DNA of 64,000 nt, taken from assembly GCA_951406725.2 (NCBI GenBank), contig OX597817.1, forward strand, positions 18,662,001-18,726,000, in the 5' to 3' direction. Made by a program: the position numbers and the translations under genes. The notes below the pieces were generated by a model that saw only the letters and a list, made by a program, of their open reading frames with translations, searched no databases and was not told the DNA's origin. The DNA is from Octopus vulgaris (lineage: Eukaryota). Position 1 is the stretch's first letter. Each line of letters opens with the position of its first letter. This document shows, piece after piece, positions 1 through 14,227 of the stretch.

Positions 1-752
1 ACAAGTGGGTACAATACGAACTGAATGAGTATCAAATAACACGTTGTTTTGAAACTAGCTGTTATTTGCTTTCGCGGTGTAAAAGCGAACCATTTTTGCA
101 TCGTGTGATGAAAAATGGATTCTTTTCAACAGTAGTAAGCGTTCTGCACGGTGGTTGGATAGAGACGAAGTGCCAAAACTCAATCCAAAAAAGAATATTC
201 ACCAAAACAGCTAATGATGTGTTTAGTGGTCCAGCGCTTGTGTCATCCACTACAACTTCATGAGACCTGGTAAGTCAATTGCAGCGGATGTGTACATCAA
301 CGAATTGAATGAAATGATGAGTGAACTTGCAATTAAACAACCAAGATTGGTCAATAGATACAGGCCAATTCTTTGCAAGACAATACTAGAACACAAGTTG
401 CACAAAGAACGCTTTTCAAGTTACAGGAACTGAACTTGGAAGTACTCTGTCATCAACCATATTCACCAGACCTTGTACCAACTGACTATCACATTTTCGA
501 GGCATTAAACAACTATTTGCAAGGAAAAAACTTCAAATCTGAAGATGATGCAAAAACAGCCTTTCGTGATGTCATCACTTCTAGCTGTCCACAATTCTTC
601 CCTGCCGGTATAAACAAGCTACCGATAAAATGGCAAAAATTGTGTTGATAATTTAGGTGCATACTTTGATTAACTACATTGATTTTTGTTGAGATAAAGT
701 AAAATAAGCTTTCGGTTTAAAATCGGATATTTCACTGTTGATGATCTGATAT
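1..752 (+). mobile_element. Mariner transposase relic, 3' part, runs off window start
   Basis: Frameshifted motifs KWVQYEL (WVPHEL-like), CDEKWILF and QPYSPDLVPTDYHIF (YSPDLAPSDYHLF-like); reading ends GAYFD* near 673; probable TIR ending in TA near 752. Confidence 0.9.
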
Positions 753-904
753 ATCTAACAACATGAGCAGGAATGGAGAAAATCATATCCTTAACTGATG
801 GTTACAACATACATTACCATTGTTTCTATTATTCTTTCTAGATCTAGATAACTGCTTGGCTTTATTAATCCTTTTTACCTTTTGTTTTATACATACATAC
901 ATTC

Positions 905-1240
905 ATACATAAAAGGTGGCTGCCCCCTCGTTATCGAGTATGGTCATTGCACGAAGCTTAATCAATGTTGTTATAGTGCAATGCCTATGCAATAAGATTT
1001 TTTTAAAGTGAGGAAAGGCTGTGCACTGAGTCAATCACACTCACTAAGCAACAGCAGCCATAATCCGAAAAGAAGAAGAAGTCAACTTTATCGGTAACCA
1101 CTGAGCCGCAGGTTTTATGTCGGAGTTATCCCAGTTTCCTGAGTTACCTTCTCCTAGAAGGATGCCCTAACAAAGGCTAGGAGTCCTTCACTCCCAATGG
1201 TTTAACCGCGCGATCGGGTATTCAGTCCGATTATTTCTAT
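905..1240 (-). mobile_element. Unclassified non-autonomous retroposon-like repeat flanked by (CATA)n
   Basis: Minus strand contains agcctttgttagggcatccttctaggagaaggtaactc, resembling RTE-type 5' UTR/SINE bodies, and ends in (TATG)n; family not verified. Confidence 0.35.
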
Positions 1241-2217
1241 GTCCTTGCGCATGATACAGCCTTAAGGCATTTATTGGATACATACATACATACATACATA
1301 CATACATACATACATACATACATACATAAAAAGCACACACATATACATACACGCTCGCATTCGTATACGTAGATATATGTATAAATATGCGTGTATATAT
1401 ATATATACATAGGGATTATTAGTATACCGTTAAAAGTAATCTGAGGCATAGATGGCAATGTTGTTTAACTGAGTATTATAAATATAGCACTTTATTCTTT
1501 CCCTTGCCATTTTTATCGCACAATGGCATTTAGGTTAAGAGATGTGGAGCGCAGTGATTTTTATTTATGCCTAATTTATCCGCAGTAACGGAACATGTTT
1601 GTGGAAGAGGTCAGCACAGTATTCAAGTAAGATGATCGTCTAAATGATTCAGATATTGAATGCCAATTCAAAACGTCCGGGAAAAAGATTCGAGGGAATA
1701 AAATTTAATTAAAGTACTATATAAATGTGACAGATTTCGTCCTTACTCCTAAGATGCTTAAAGGAAAGTCAATTATTGCTTTTCACAGGCAATGACTACA
1801 ATAACATGCAGCGTAAACACACAAATGCATTCAACTGGTGAATGGAAAATTAACCTATGTGACAGCTAGTGTCGTGTATGATAACCACTCACTTAGTCCG
1901 TAAATGGAACAGCACTTTCATAATGGAACCAGCAGCTGCAGAAGCAATAGAAGCGGCTCTTTTCAAATTAGCAGGAAGATGTAATAGTATATCCTGCCAA
2001 TTCTCTGTATAGAATATTTAGGACAAATAAAATGAAACAAGCAACAACGAAATAAAATAACCAAACTCGCTTCCACCAACGCCAAAGAAAGAAAAAGAAA
2101 AGTTAACATGCTTCAGCTCTCAAACCAAAACAAGACAACCACACGAATAAAATGCAAAAATGCAAATTATATCAATATATATATATGTTTGGGAGTGTGT
2201 GTTGTATACATTTGTGT

Positions 2218-2231
2218 ATGTATATATATAT

Positions 2232-2289
<58 letters not shown>

Positions 2290-2333
2290 GTGTGTGTGTG
2301 TGTGTGTATATATAAACATTTTTGTATACATAC

Positions 2334-2401
<68 letters not shown>

Positions 2402-2402
2402 G

Positions 2403-2434
<32 letters not shown>

Positions 2435-2599
2435 AACATTTTTGTATACATATATATATATACTTACTTGGAAGAGGATGCGTGGCATTTCGCCATACAA
2501 TAAAAAAAATAATAAAACATATGCATATATACATACATATATGTACGTATCTACATCTATATATGTATGTATATATGCATATGTTTTTATTTATTTTGT

Positions 2600-2638
<39 letters not shown>

Positions 2639-2712
2639 CATATGTATGAATATATATATATATTTATACATAAGTATATATATATACATATATGGATACA
2701 TATATATGTATC
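2218..2712. repeat. Compound (TA)n/(TG)n microsatellite
   Basis: Direct reading; includes tataaacatttttgtatacata twice (2311, 2431). Confidence 0.95.
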
Positions 2713-2999
2713 TCTTTATCTCTTCCGAGAGAGGCAGACAGAGAGACAGAGACAGAGAGATGTCATTGCTTACCGGTATGCAATCACTTAAAATATTTCT
2801 GTAGTAGAAATTGAATGAAGTAATGGGAAACGAAAGGGCGATAGGAAAGAAACATGAATAATATGACAGAGTCATTAAATTCTTGCCTAAACTTCTTTGG
2901 CAGTGAAGTATAAATTAGACGAAAAAGCTTACACATAGGCTAAAATTATCTCACAATGGAGCGGTATTCTGAACATTATTCCATTATAGTGCATAGAAA

Positions 3000-3220
3000 G
3001 TGGTCGATTGGTAGAATCGTTAGGTTGTAGTGCAAAATGCTGAGCGGAGTATTGTTACAAATCTTTGGCCCCCGAGTTCAAAATCTCATCGCGGTCAGTT
3101 TTACCTTTCATCCCTTCGGTCACGCTAAAATAAAGTGCTCAACAAGTTGTTGGGTTAATGTGATCGACAAACCAATTTCCATTAAGAATTGCTGGGTTTG
3201 TGCTTGAATTAGAAACAATT
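3000..3220 (+). mobile_element. Diverged SINE family B (Meta-domain-like)
   Basis: gagttcaaat...ttacctttcatcccttcgg...taaaataaagtgc matches the family B core. Confidence 0.6.
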
Positions 3221-3257
3221 AAAATAGTTCTTACAATACTATGACTTACATAAGTGC

Positions 3258-3318
<61 letters not shown>

Positions 3319-3321
<3 letters not shown>

Positions 3322-3543
3322 CTTTACTACCCACAAGGGGCTAAACGTAGAGGGGACAAACAAGGACAGACAAACAGATTAAGTTGATTATATCGACCCC
3401 AGTGCGTAATTGGTACTTAATTTATCGACCCCGAAAGGATGAAAGGCAAAGTCGACCTCGGCGGAATTTGAACTCAGAACATAACAGCAGACGAAATACG
3501 GCTACGCATTTCGCCTGGCGTGCTAACGTTTCTGCCAGCTCGC
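3319..3543 (-). mobile_element. SINE family B (tRNA-like head, Meta-domain-like core)
   Basis: Reverse complement gcgagctggcagaaacgttagc...gagttcaaattccgccgaggtcgactttgcctttcatcctttcggggtcgataaattaagtacc; many near-identical copies in window. Confidence 0.9.
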
Positions 3544-3569
3544 ATATATATATATATATATACGCACCC

Positions 3570-3703
<134 letters not shown>

Positions 3704-3705
3704 CA

Positions 3706-4831
3706 CAGGGTGCGTAAGGTATTTGAGGACAGTTATATACTTACACAAAAATGACTCTTAGAATCAGACAGTATTGCCCTTTTACTGAAAAAGGTTTTGA
3801 GGATAAGAATAAACTTATTGTTTCGTCATTTTATTCAAGAAAGTCTTCAGTTTCAATAACGTCTTCTATGCGAGGTCTGAATCGCCTACATGCTAGGACC
3901 AAGTGGTCTGTGTCCATATTGGACATTACTCTGACTATGAACGCTTTTAAGAATTCTTTAGTGTTATGAGGGCGCTCATCAATCTCTTCCTCAACTACAC
4001 TCCATACATAGTAGTCCAATAGATTGAGATCTAGAGAGCTAGGAGGCCAAATGTAGGGGGTTATGTTTTCATGAAAATTTTCCGTCATCCATTGCTGCGT
4101 TGCTGTATCCTTGTGTGATGATCCCGAGTCTTGTTGAAACACATAAGGTCTTCAGTTGCATACATCATTGATCCATGGCTTAACCACTGTATTCAGAACA
4201 TCTATGTAGGCAGCAGAGTTTACTCGAAGACCTCGTGGAAAGAAGTGAGAAGGCACCACATGTCTTTCATTGCTGACAACCCCCAAAATTATGACAGTTG
4301 CAGGAAATTTTGTATGCATTACTTTTGGAACTTCTGAAGAGTCTATACATAGCCATCTGCCATTTCTTCTGTTCACTTAATGATCTTGATCAAAGTTTTT
4401 TTCGTCTAAGAAGAACCAAATGACATTTTTCTCTGCTTGGTTTTTTTAATTTGTTCAGGATCTGATTAAGCGATTTTCCTTCACTGTTTCTGACATGAAA
4501 TGACCTTTTCTCATCGCATAAGATTTGTATCTGATGTCTTTGTAGACAACATTTCAGATTGTTTCTTCTGCCACATGGTATTCCTTTGCAATCAGCCTCA
4601 CGGATCTTCTGGGATTGTCATCAATGTTCTACTTTACTTGTTGAATAAATTCTGGCGTTCTAATAGTTTCAATGCGTCTACAATGTGTCTTACGCTTTGA
4701 TACTGGTGATACATTTCCGTCTTTGCTTCTAACACCTTGCGAATTTTGTAGACGAAAGATCAGGCGACTTTTAAAAAGCGTGCTATTTCTAAATTGCTAT
4801 GTTCAGCCTTTATAGCCACGATGACTGCGTA
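3706..4831 (-). mobile_element. DD37D (maT-type) Tc1/mariner transposon relic, 5'-truncated
   Basis: ORF 3831-4142 FQQD...WPPSSLDLNLLDYY has 37 residues between the 2nd and 3rd D; ORF 4152-4376 TKFPATVIILGVVS; TIR cagggtgcgtaagg at 3706. Confidence 0.92.
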
Positions 4832-4893
4832 TATATATATATATATATATATACAGTTGTGTATGCATATAAATATATATACATTTATGTATG

Positions 4894-4946
<53 letters not shown>

Positions 4947-4972
4947 GAATATATATGTGTATGTATGCGTAA

Positions 4973-5013
<41 letters not shown>

Positions 5014-5060
5014 TGCATATATATGTATCTATCTATCTATCTCTTCCGCGAGAGAGGGAG

Positions 5061-5121
<61 letters not shown>

Positions 5122-5380
5122 TAAATGTCAATATTTCTGAAGCAGAAATTGAATGAAGGGAAATGAAAGGGCGATAGAAAAGAAAGATGAATAATATAAC
5201 CTACTTGTATGATGTTTGTACGTATGTACTTTCGTCCATCTATCCGTCTCTATAGGGTACATGTGTCAATGTGGTGTCTCCTTTCGTAAACGTCTTGTTT
5301 CCGTGTGTTCTCAAGGTTCTCTGTGAGAAAATGTATTGTTGTATGTATGAATATGTATTCATATTTTAGGTAGATACAAT

Positions 5381-5600
5381 GCGGTGAGCTCGCAGAATCG
5401 TCAGCACACCGGGCGAAATGCTTAATGCCATTTCATCCGTCTTCATGTTCTGAGTTCAAATCCAGTCGAAGTTGACTTTGTCTTTCATTCACTAAGGGTC
5501 AATAAAATAAATACCAGCTGAATGTTGGGGTCGATAGAATCAATGTACCCCTCCCCACCGAAATAGCTGTCCCTGTGCCAAAATTTGAAGTCGAAATTGA
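5381..5600 (+). mobile_element. SINE family B
   Basis: gcggtgagctcgcagaatcgtcagcacaccgggcgaaatgc...gagttcaaat...gactttgtctttcat. Confidence 0.85.
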
Positions 5601-7134
5601 GTTTAGTAATTGTGGTATTAATTGCATATGTCTTGGTTTCAGCTTGCTCAAGGAATTAAAAAGCATAGTAACATCACGTATTTTGCTCGCCATGCAGAAA
5701 ATGATATACCTTCTGTAATTATTCGAGTATAACATGCTTATAACTGAAATTCTTTGCGGTCACAGTATTGAAATTATCGAATAGTTTTATCGGTAAGCTG
5801 TTCGCATTCCAGAGAGGTTAACAGAACTTTATAATTTCGCCTCTATTTATAAACGTACTCTCTAGGTATACCTTTCCATTACCTGTTTTCTAACATTTTT
5901 ATTAGTTGCAATAATTTTTCTCGTGCAATTTCTGTGCAACTTCATTTCCCCTGTTCTGTTATATTTTCGCAAGATTTTCAGCTATATTTACTGATATCAT
6001 ATTTTCTACATCCAAATTTATCTTTTACAAATTTTACTTATTTAACTTCATCTTTATTCTTCTATCATATATTTTTTTTTAAAAATTAATATTTTTACTT
6101 CATGTGTTTATTTGCTATGCTGTGTTTTGCTTTATTTATTTTATTATATGAAGCTATAGTAAGATAATGGCCTATCTTATACATGGAGAATATAAGTTAG
6201 CTCAAGGCATTTTAAATAATTACATTAATCATTGCGTATACTGAGCCAATATCTAAAATATACAAGAACGAATGTTTTAGACATCGTTAAGTTTAGTTTG
6301 CTTTCTGTAGATATAAATATTGCTCACAATAAACAATGGAAGTGAAAAGATATGCAATCCATGAGGACCACCAGACACTGGATTATAGAATTCGCTTGCG
6401 GGAAGATTTACTCTTATGCTATTTACAAAGAATAGATGATGGAGGCCAGAAATTAGAAGAGAAAGTAGTCACAGTAATAAACTAAAGGTCACATGTACAT
6501 TATTAACAACCAGCAATTTCATAGAGTACTAAGTTTAGTGTAGAGAGATTACAACGGTGAGGCAATTTCTGAAACAATATGTCGCTGTCCCTTCATACGC
6601 AATTTTTGCATTATGAGAACTCAGTTTGTAGGAAGGATCTTATGTTTTTCTTCAATTTATTGAATGTATTTAATTTTGCACTTAAGTATTTTAGATCTCA
6701 GGAAAACTGGAAATGAATATCGATATGTATTGTACTGAAGTACTCATTATATAAACATGAATTCGTAGTTGAACGCAATCACTAATACTGTGGATCACTA
6801 CTAATCAACAATGACAGAAACATTGAAAAAGGAAAAAGAGAAAGGAAACCACCCATGATCTGTGAGCAGTTAAACAAAATTACACTAATTAGGTTTGCCT
6901 CTTCTTATTTTTAGTTCAATTCACTGCCAGTGTGTTTCGCCATAGGGAAAGGCGCCTCCTCTCTGCATGGCTCTGCACGATTAATAAACAAGTTGTACGA
7001 GAACTCCCTGATTTAGAAATGTCAGCAATAAACTTGACGTAAAATAATTCAAAATGAAAGAAGCCATAAAAAACAAAGGGAAGTAATTCGAAAATCAGCA
7101 TCGTCAATGACGTCGTTAACAAAACGTCACTATA

Positions 7135-7541
7135 GGCGTAGGAGTGGCTGTGTGGTAAGTAGCTTGCTTACCAACCACATGGTTCCGGGTTCAGTGACAC
7201 TGCGTAGCACCTTGGGCAAGTGTCTTCTACTATAGCCTCGGGCCGACCAAAGCCTTGTGAGTGGATTTGGTAGACGGAAACTGAAAGAAGCCCGTCGTGT
7301 ATATGTATACCTATATATATATATGTGTGTGTGTGTGTGTATGTTTGTGCCTGTGTTTGTCCCCCTAGCATTGCTTGGCAACCGATGATGGTGTGTTTAC
7401 ATCGGCAAAAGAGGGCGATAGAATAAGTACTGGACTTACAAAGAATAAGTCCCGGGGTCGATTTGTTCGACCAAAGGCGGTGCTCCAGCATGGCCGCAGT
7501 CAAATGACTGAAACAAGTAAAAGAGTAAAAGCGTAAAAGAG
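7135..7541 (+). mobile_element. SINE family A (tRNA-derived head, internal TA/TG microsatellite, (GAGTAAAA) tail)
   Basis: ggcgtaggagtggctgtgtggtaag...ggttccgggttcagt (A/B-box-like); tail ggcggtgctccagcatggccgcagtcaaatgactgaaacaagtaaaagag; at least 6 copies in window. Confidence 0.92.
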
Positions 7542-8772
7542 ATGTCAATAAACAATTAATTTAATAGTAAAGATTCCTTATATTTTAGAACATGACCTTT
7601 ACTTGTGTAATACACAATAGTATTTCATCATCGGGTTATGGTTTATAACTTTAGGCATTAATAAAAATATTTTAACCAACTTACGCAATCTTAACATATT
7701 TGTAATTACATTCATATTTCAAATTCATGAATATATTCGAATGGCAGTTTTCCAACATTTTATTAAATATTCTCGTCCAACAGTTTTTCATCTGGATTTT
7801 TATCGTGAAATACATTTATACGTCCCAATAATAATTATAATCCAAATATCAATCCTATTACTATTCCTTCCGGCCATTTTTCTTGCCACTTAAAAATGCC
7901 TAGCAACCTAATAATAATTTCGACAACCGTAAGAGAAGCACTTCTAATAGAATCTTTCGATTTCTGTTTTATTTAGCATATTTCCTTAGTATGTTTTTAC
8001 CTGGCGCAGATAACAGAATTTTATATGGAAATATCTCAATGTAGCCTTTATTCTTTTAATGAATCATTTTCTATCGATCTAAATATCGTGTCAGCGCAGG
8101 ATATAGAGCAGTTCGTAAATCTTTTAAACAGGATCAGATGAATGCCTATTTCATTAAGCTTTAAATAACTAGCTCGACCATTATACTATAGACAACCGAG
8201 TTTGCAAATTTCCTGACGATTCAAACTCTCGGTTCAAGAGTCAATAATATGAAATTGCAATGACACTTTGATTGCAATCAAGGAATTCAAAATTCAGTCA
8301 ACCATATCTGAAGAGAAATTAAGAGAAAATTAAACCTAGAGTTGCGATACCATAATGTTCTTAAGCACTAAGATATAGGTTAGGAATGCGTCAATGAAAT
8401 TTCTGTTTGGCTACTGAAACGCCAAAATACCACAGATGCCGCCTTTGTAGAATGCATTGAATTCATGGAAATGGATTAGATCAACCGGAGATATTTCTGA
8501 TTCCCTACTCACTACTTAATTATAAAAAGAAAAAAACAACATCCATATAACAGTAACTTGCACATCAAAACTTAATCCACGAAACACGTAGTATTCCTAA
8601 ACAAAAATAACACACTTTATCTGCACATAGCATAAATACTCAATATTAATATTAAGACCATTGATTTTCATATAGATCGAGAATGAATTTAGCCTTTGAA
8701 ATGAAAGAGGAAACCGAGCAACTTTGACAAAGCTGTTTTTCTTAAAAGTGTTGCTGTTTTTCAATTTCATTT

Positions 8773-8934
<162 letters not shown>

Positions 8935-8937
8935 TAT

Positions 8938-9250
8938 GTGGAGGCGCAATGGCCCAGTGGTTAGGGCAGCGGACTCGCGGTCGGAGGATTGCGGTTTCGG
9001 TTCCCAGACCGGGCGTTGCGTGTGTTTATTGAGCGAAAACACCTAAAAGCTCCATGAGGCTCCGGCAGGGGATGGTGGTGATCCCTGCTGTACTCTTTCA
9101 CCACTCTTTCTCTCGCTCTTTCCTCTGTTGGCCTGCTCGCTTAGAAAGCGGGGTGGCGTCGTTCGAAGGCTAAAACAATGCGAACGCATTGTGACTAGCG
9201 ATGTGTAGCAACATTTGATGGTCTGGTCGGTCACGTGATCACGTGATATA
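8938..9250 (+). mobile_element. SINE family C, tail type 1
   Basis: tRNA-like head ggaggcgcaatggcccagtggttagggcagcggactcgcgg...ggtttcggttccc, shared with the 10242 and 13408 copies. Confidence 0.9.
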
Positions 9251-9479
9251 TATCTTCTATCTAAATAAAAAGAGACGTACCGTCAACTATTAATCCATAG
9301 ATAAAAAAAATTATTATTAATTTGTTGTAATGGCTAAAGTAGATCCAAACTGAGCTATCAGTTTATTATCATATTTTCAAAACATGACGTAGCAGTCCAT
9401 CAAATAGATATTGATTTTTATGTATGTATATATGAATGTTTGAATATCTGTATGTGCATGAGCATGTACATGTGTGTTT

Positions 9480-9895
9480 TATTCTTTTATTCTTTTACTT
9501 GTTTCACTCATTTAACTGCGGTCATGCTGGAGCACCGCCTTAAAGTGTTTTAGTCGAAGAAATCGACCCCAAGACTTATTCTTTTGTAAGTCAAGTACTT
9601 AAGTACTTATTCTATCGATCACTTTTGCCCAACCAGTAAGTTACGGGGACATAAAGACACCAGAATTGGTTGTCAAGCAATGGCGGGGGAACACACACAC
9701 ATACACACACACACACACATACACACACACACACACACACACGCACATACGACGGGCTTCTTTCAGTTTCCGCATACAAATCTACTCACAAACCTTTGGT
9801 CAGCCCGAGGCTGGCTAAAGTAGAAGACATTTGCCCGATGTGTCATGCAGTAGGCCTGAACGCGGAACCAAGTGGTTGGAAAGCAAGTTTCTTAA
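9480..9895 (-). mobile_element. SINE family A
   Basis: Reverse complement of family A tail and body (gcggtcatgctggagcaccgcc, gacgggcttctttcagtttccg). Confidence 0.88.
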
Positions 9896-10241
9896 AGTTT
9901 CTGGCAGAAACCTAGCTTGCTTACGCTCAGATTACCGAATGAAGGGACTCAGGAAGTCCAGGATGGCTACTGAAAACTGGGCTGATATTGGTCAAAGCGG
10001 GTCATATGGTGCTGTTAGGAGTGATATCGGCCTTGTAGAGATGCATTAGAAAGGAAATTGTTTTGGTCTGCGTGACGAAACAGGAAGCTTGTGGCGCCTT
10101 GGTGTGTGGCTGGCTTTTGGAGGGACTTGGAATTTGACAGAAAAGTGGCCTGCGGATGCATGTATGTGTATACCAGATATATGAGTGTATGGATGTGGGT
10201 GTCTGATGTTTATGCGTGTGTGTCAGCTATGCGTGTTTTTG

Positions 10242-10545
10242 TGTGGAGGCACATAGCCTAGTGGTTAGAGCAACGGAATCGCGGTCGAGGGATAGCAGGT
10301 TCGAATCTCAGACCGGGCGATGTGTGTGTTTGTGAGCGAAACACCTAAGCTCCACGCGGCTCTGGCAGAAGGTAATGGCGGACTTCTGCTGAGTCTTTCC
10401 CCACAACTTTCTCTCACTCTTTCCTCCTGCATCTTGCAGCTCACCTGCGACGGACCGGCGTCCCGTCCAGGTGGGGAACCTATACGCCAAGGAAACCGGG
10501 AAACCGGCACTTATGAGTCAGGCGTGGCTTGAGAAGGAACAAACA
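10242..10545 (+). mobile_element. SINE family C, tail type 2
   Basis: Family C head followed by cctgcgacggaccggcgtcccgtccagg...aaaccggg tail. Confidence 0.85.
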
Positions 10546-11010
10546 CGGTGTATTTGCGAGTGTGGATGAATGTTGATAGTATCAACTTGTTAATGAGAAT
10601 GTGCATGTTTGGTAGGGTGTGTTTACGCATGGGTGCGAGTGCATATCAGCTGTGTGAGAGGAATCGTGTGGGCGAATTTGTAGGAGTACCTGTCAGCTGT
10701 GTATATCAGTTGCGTATGGATTAATGGTTTTGAGTGAGTTTGTGGGCATATATGTATGTGTGTGTGTGTGTGCGGGCATGCGCGGTAACGCGCCTTAGTG
10801 CCTGGTGTATGCGCGTGCATGCGTAACAGATATATGGTAGCGGTGGTGGCAGCGGTGGTGGGGAAAGCGTTGGACTGTGACAGCAGCGGCAACAAAATCA
10901 AGGGCAAGAGCAATGTTAGTAACCGAGCTAGCACCACAGAGACAAGAATCATATACCGACGAAGGAGAGGACGAATTGACAACATATGCAAACAGAACTA
11001 CACTATTATA

Positions 11011-11047
<37 letters not shown>

Positions 11048-11139
11048 AGAGAGAAAGAGAGAGAGAGAAACAGATAACTATGCAATCCAACCAAAATATC
11101 TCAGTTAAGCAAACGTAAACAGAATTACTATTTACCCTT

Positions 11140-11265
11140 AAAATGCATCGTACATATTCAAATAATCTTCTTGCTTTATTGAATGGCACGATGAACATTC
11201 TAGTGAAGTTGAACATCTTATCTGGCCACCACAGACCCCCAGATCTCAATATTATTGAGCATGGT
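11140..11265 (+). mobile_element. Tc1-type transposase fragment
   Basis: Translates [27 protein letters not shown], matching the Tc1 WPxQSPDLNPIEH motif. Confidence 0.75.
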
Positions 11266-11271
11266 GCATTT

Positions 11272-11447
<176 letters not shown>

Positions 11448-12219
11448 AATATATTTTTGTTTGTTTTTGTGTGTGCTTGTGTGTATATGTGTGTATTGGA
11501 TAACTTGTATCAAAGCCTTTTCGTATGAGGTCGTTGTGATTTGAAGCAGTAAAGGTCCTAAATCTCTTATCCATCTATATCGAACTGCAGCTTATCTATC
11601 TTTTTGGTGAAGTGAAGTTGGAATTTGTTGTTTCATCTATATCGAAAGCAGCAGCAATATGTATTTTGATAAGACAATAATGGACTTTTTAAAGTCTTGA
11701 GTTTTATTTTTCGCTCGTGTTTATTTTTCTGTATAGTTCTTTTAGCTGTACAGTGCTGTGTAGTGCATTTCAAATGATTCTCATAAGTATACCCTGAACT
11801 GCGAGGTGCATGCCACAATTGTATAATCAGTTGAAACGGTTAAGCCTACAACTTTCGCATTTTCAACTTAAATTATAAATCCCATTGGTTATTTGTAGTT
11901 TGTTTTGATGTCTGCAGGTTATTAATAACAAGAATGCTATAATTTAGTTTCCATTTTATGATAGTTTATGGATTGGTGTAAAAAACTTGACTTCTCTTTT
12001 TGAGCTCTTTTTAATAATGGGCCCATGCAATACACTTTATATGTATTCTTTTGTGGGTTTTATAGGTATAGTGATTAATTTGTTTACGTCGTTGCAGTAG
12101 TTCGATAGTCAAGCGTTCTTAATTAAAATCGCACCGAGTTCAACTTTGCCTTCATCATTCATATCTATAGATAAAGTACCAGACTAACATTAGGGCTGAT
12201 TCTTTTTGTTCTGACTTAA

Positions 12220-12221
<2 letters not shown>

Positions 12222-12278
<57 letters not shown>

Positions 12279-12289
12279 GTCTCTCTGTC

Positions 12290-12350
<61 letters not shown>
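12222..12350. repeat. (CT)n/(CTGT)n microsatellite
   Basis: Direct reading. Confidence 0.97.
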
Positions 12351-12353
<3 letters not shown>

Positions 12354-13194
12354 AAATGAATGAGCTGCGCTGAGGTCCAGAGAAAGCTTGACGCCACCAG
12401 GTTAAAAACGCCCGTCGCACGCCGCATATCACGCCGATGGCCTTATGCTTCCATGAAGACTTGAGGACACACAGTAAAAAAAATATCTGAAAGTCAGACT
12501 CTTAGCTTATGTACATTATGAGTTCATAATGTAATTAAGCAGTTACACAAGAAATATAAAATAAATCACATTCGTTTGCAAGAAAGACACAAATTAATCC
12601 GTATTCTTGCATGAAGCAGCGAATGTCTCTATACATACAAAACGGTTAGAAAAGCAATTAGAATCTCTTTTATAAACAAAACATCACAGAATAAAAGAAA
12701 TGATAATCAACGACATTCAATCTGACAATCTAATAAGCCAAATCGTAAATCATATTGGAAGAAATAGCTCAAACACAATGATGATGAAATTAAAAGCTGA
12801 AATATTGTATCAATCAAATAGATAGGTGATATAAAATGAATAGATTATTCAAAATCTCATAAAATAGAAAAGGAAACGCATTACGCCAAACTATAAATTA
12901 AAACTAATAATATAAAAAAATGGAAAACGGTTGACTTATAAAAAAAAAGTGGAATAGTACTTGTGAGTGTTAGCCTAATGGCCCTCCCGAAATAAAACAA
13001 AATCTGTTGCAACATTCAAGTGCACTTACAGAATATTGCAAACCAAATAAAATTATAAACTTCGCATCAATAACAAACTTCAGTAATGTGAACCTAAAAA
13101 TGTTACTAATTAGCAATTACATTTGTATTATCGAATGACAAACCTGAAATTTGTGCAAATTATAGAACAACTTTTTGTATAGGGTAAAGTAATA

Positions 13195-13401
13195 ATCCTT
13201 TCTATTATAGGCACAAAGCCTGGAATTTTGGGGCAAGGGGCCAGTCGATTAGATCGACCCCAGTACACAACTGGTATTTAATTTATCGACCCTGAAGGAT
13301 GAAAGGAAATGTCTACTTCGGCGGAATTTGAACTCAGGACGTAGCGACGGCCGAAATACCGCTCGTCCAGCGCGCTAACTACTATGCCAGCTCACCGCCT
13401 T
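13195..13401 (-). mobile_element. SINE family B (alternative tail)
   Basis: Family B core; tail ccccaaaattccaggctttgtgcctataatagaaaggatt; degenerate TSD tatagggtaaagtaataat / tataggctaaaatgataat. Confidence 0.88.
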
Positions 13402-13407
13402 GATATA

Positions 13408-13790
13408 TAGGAGCACTCCGTCGGTTACGACGATGAGGGTCCCAGCTGATACGATCAACGGAACAGCTTGCTCGTGGAATTAACGTGTAAGTGGCTGAGC
13501 ACTCCACAGACACGTGTAACCTTAACGTAGTTCTCGAGGAGATTCAGCGTGACACAGAGTGTGACAAGGCTGGCCCTTTGAAATACAGATACAACAGAAA
13601 CAGGAAGTAAGAGTGAGAGAAAGTTGTGGTGAAAGAATACAGCAGGGTTCACCACCACCCCCTGCAGGAGCCTTGTGAAGCTTTAGGTGTTTTCGCTCAA
13701 TAAACACTCACAATGCCCGGTCTGGGAATCGAAACTGCGATCCTACGACCGCGAGTCCGCTGCCCTAACCTCTGGGCCATTGCGCCTCCA
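13408..13790 (-). mobile_element. SINE family C, tail type 3, with 15-bp TSD
   Basis: Family C head on the minus strand; caccgccttgatata duplicated at 13393-13407 and 13791-13805. Confidence 0.92.
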
Positions 13791-13999
13791 CACCGCCTTG
13801 ATATAGGCTAAAATGATAATGATAAACCTCTGCAGCTCGACATGCACTTGCAGTAAAGAAAAACAACAGTTCACTGTACGGCACGACACGTAAGAATCTA
13901 TAGGAAAAACCTTACAAAAAACTGTTTTATTCTTACTGTCCTCCTTTTGTTACTACATTAGCTCTCCGCAAGAAATCCCAAATTTTATTTAATTTGCTT

Positions 14000-14227
14000 T
14001 GCGCGAAGGGCTGGTTTAAATACGTCGCGTCTTGCCCCTACCTTTGAAACGTGGAGTAGATAAAATAGGGGACAACTGATAAAAGGAATGTTCTTTATGT
14101 TGGTTGTTACGTTTCTCTTTTTGTTTCTTACGTTGTTCCCAAAAAGTTCGTTTTCTAGTTTTTTGTTTTTTATGTTCTCGTTTCTCATATTCTTCATGTT
14201 TTTTTTATGTCCTGTACCCATATATGC

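Noticed and set aside
8938-9015. tRNA gene
   Set aside because: tRNA-like head continues into a multi-copy SINE body
10798-11118. 106-aa ORF as a host exon
   Set aside because: Runs into TA/GA microsatellites; no recognisable domain or splice support
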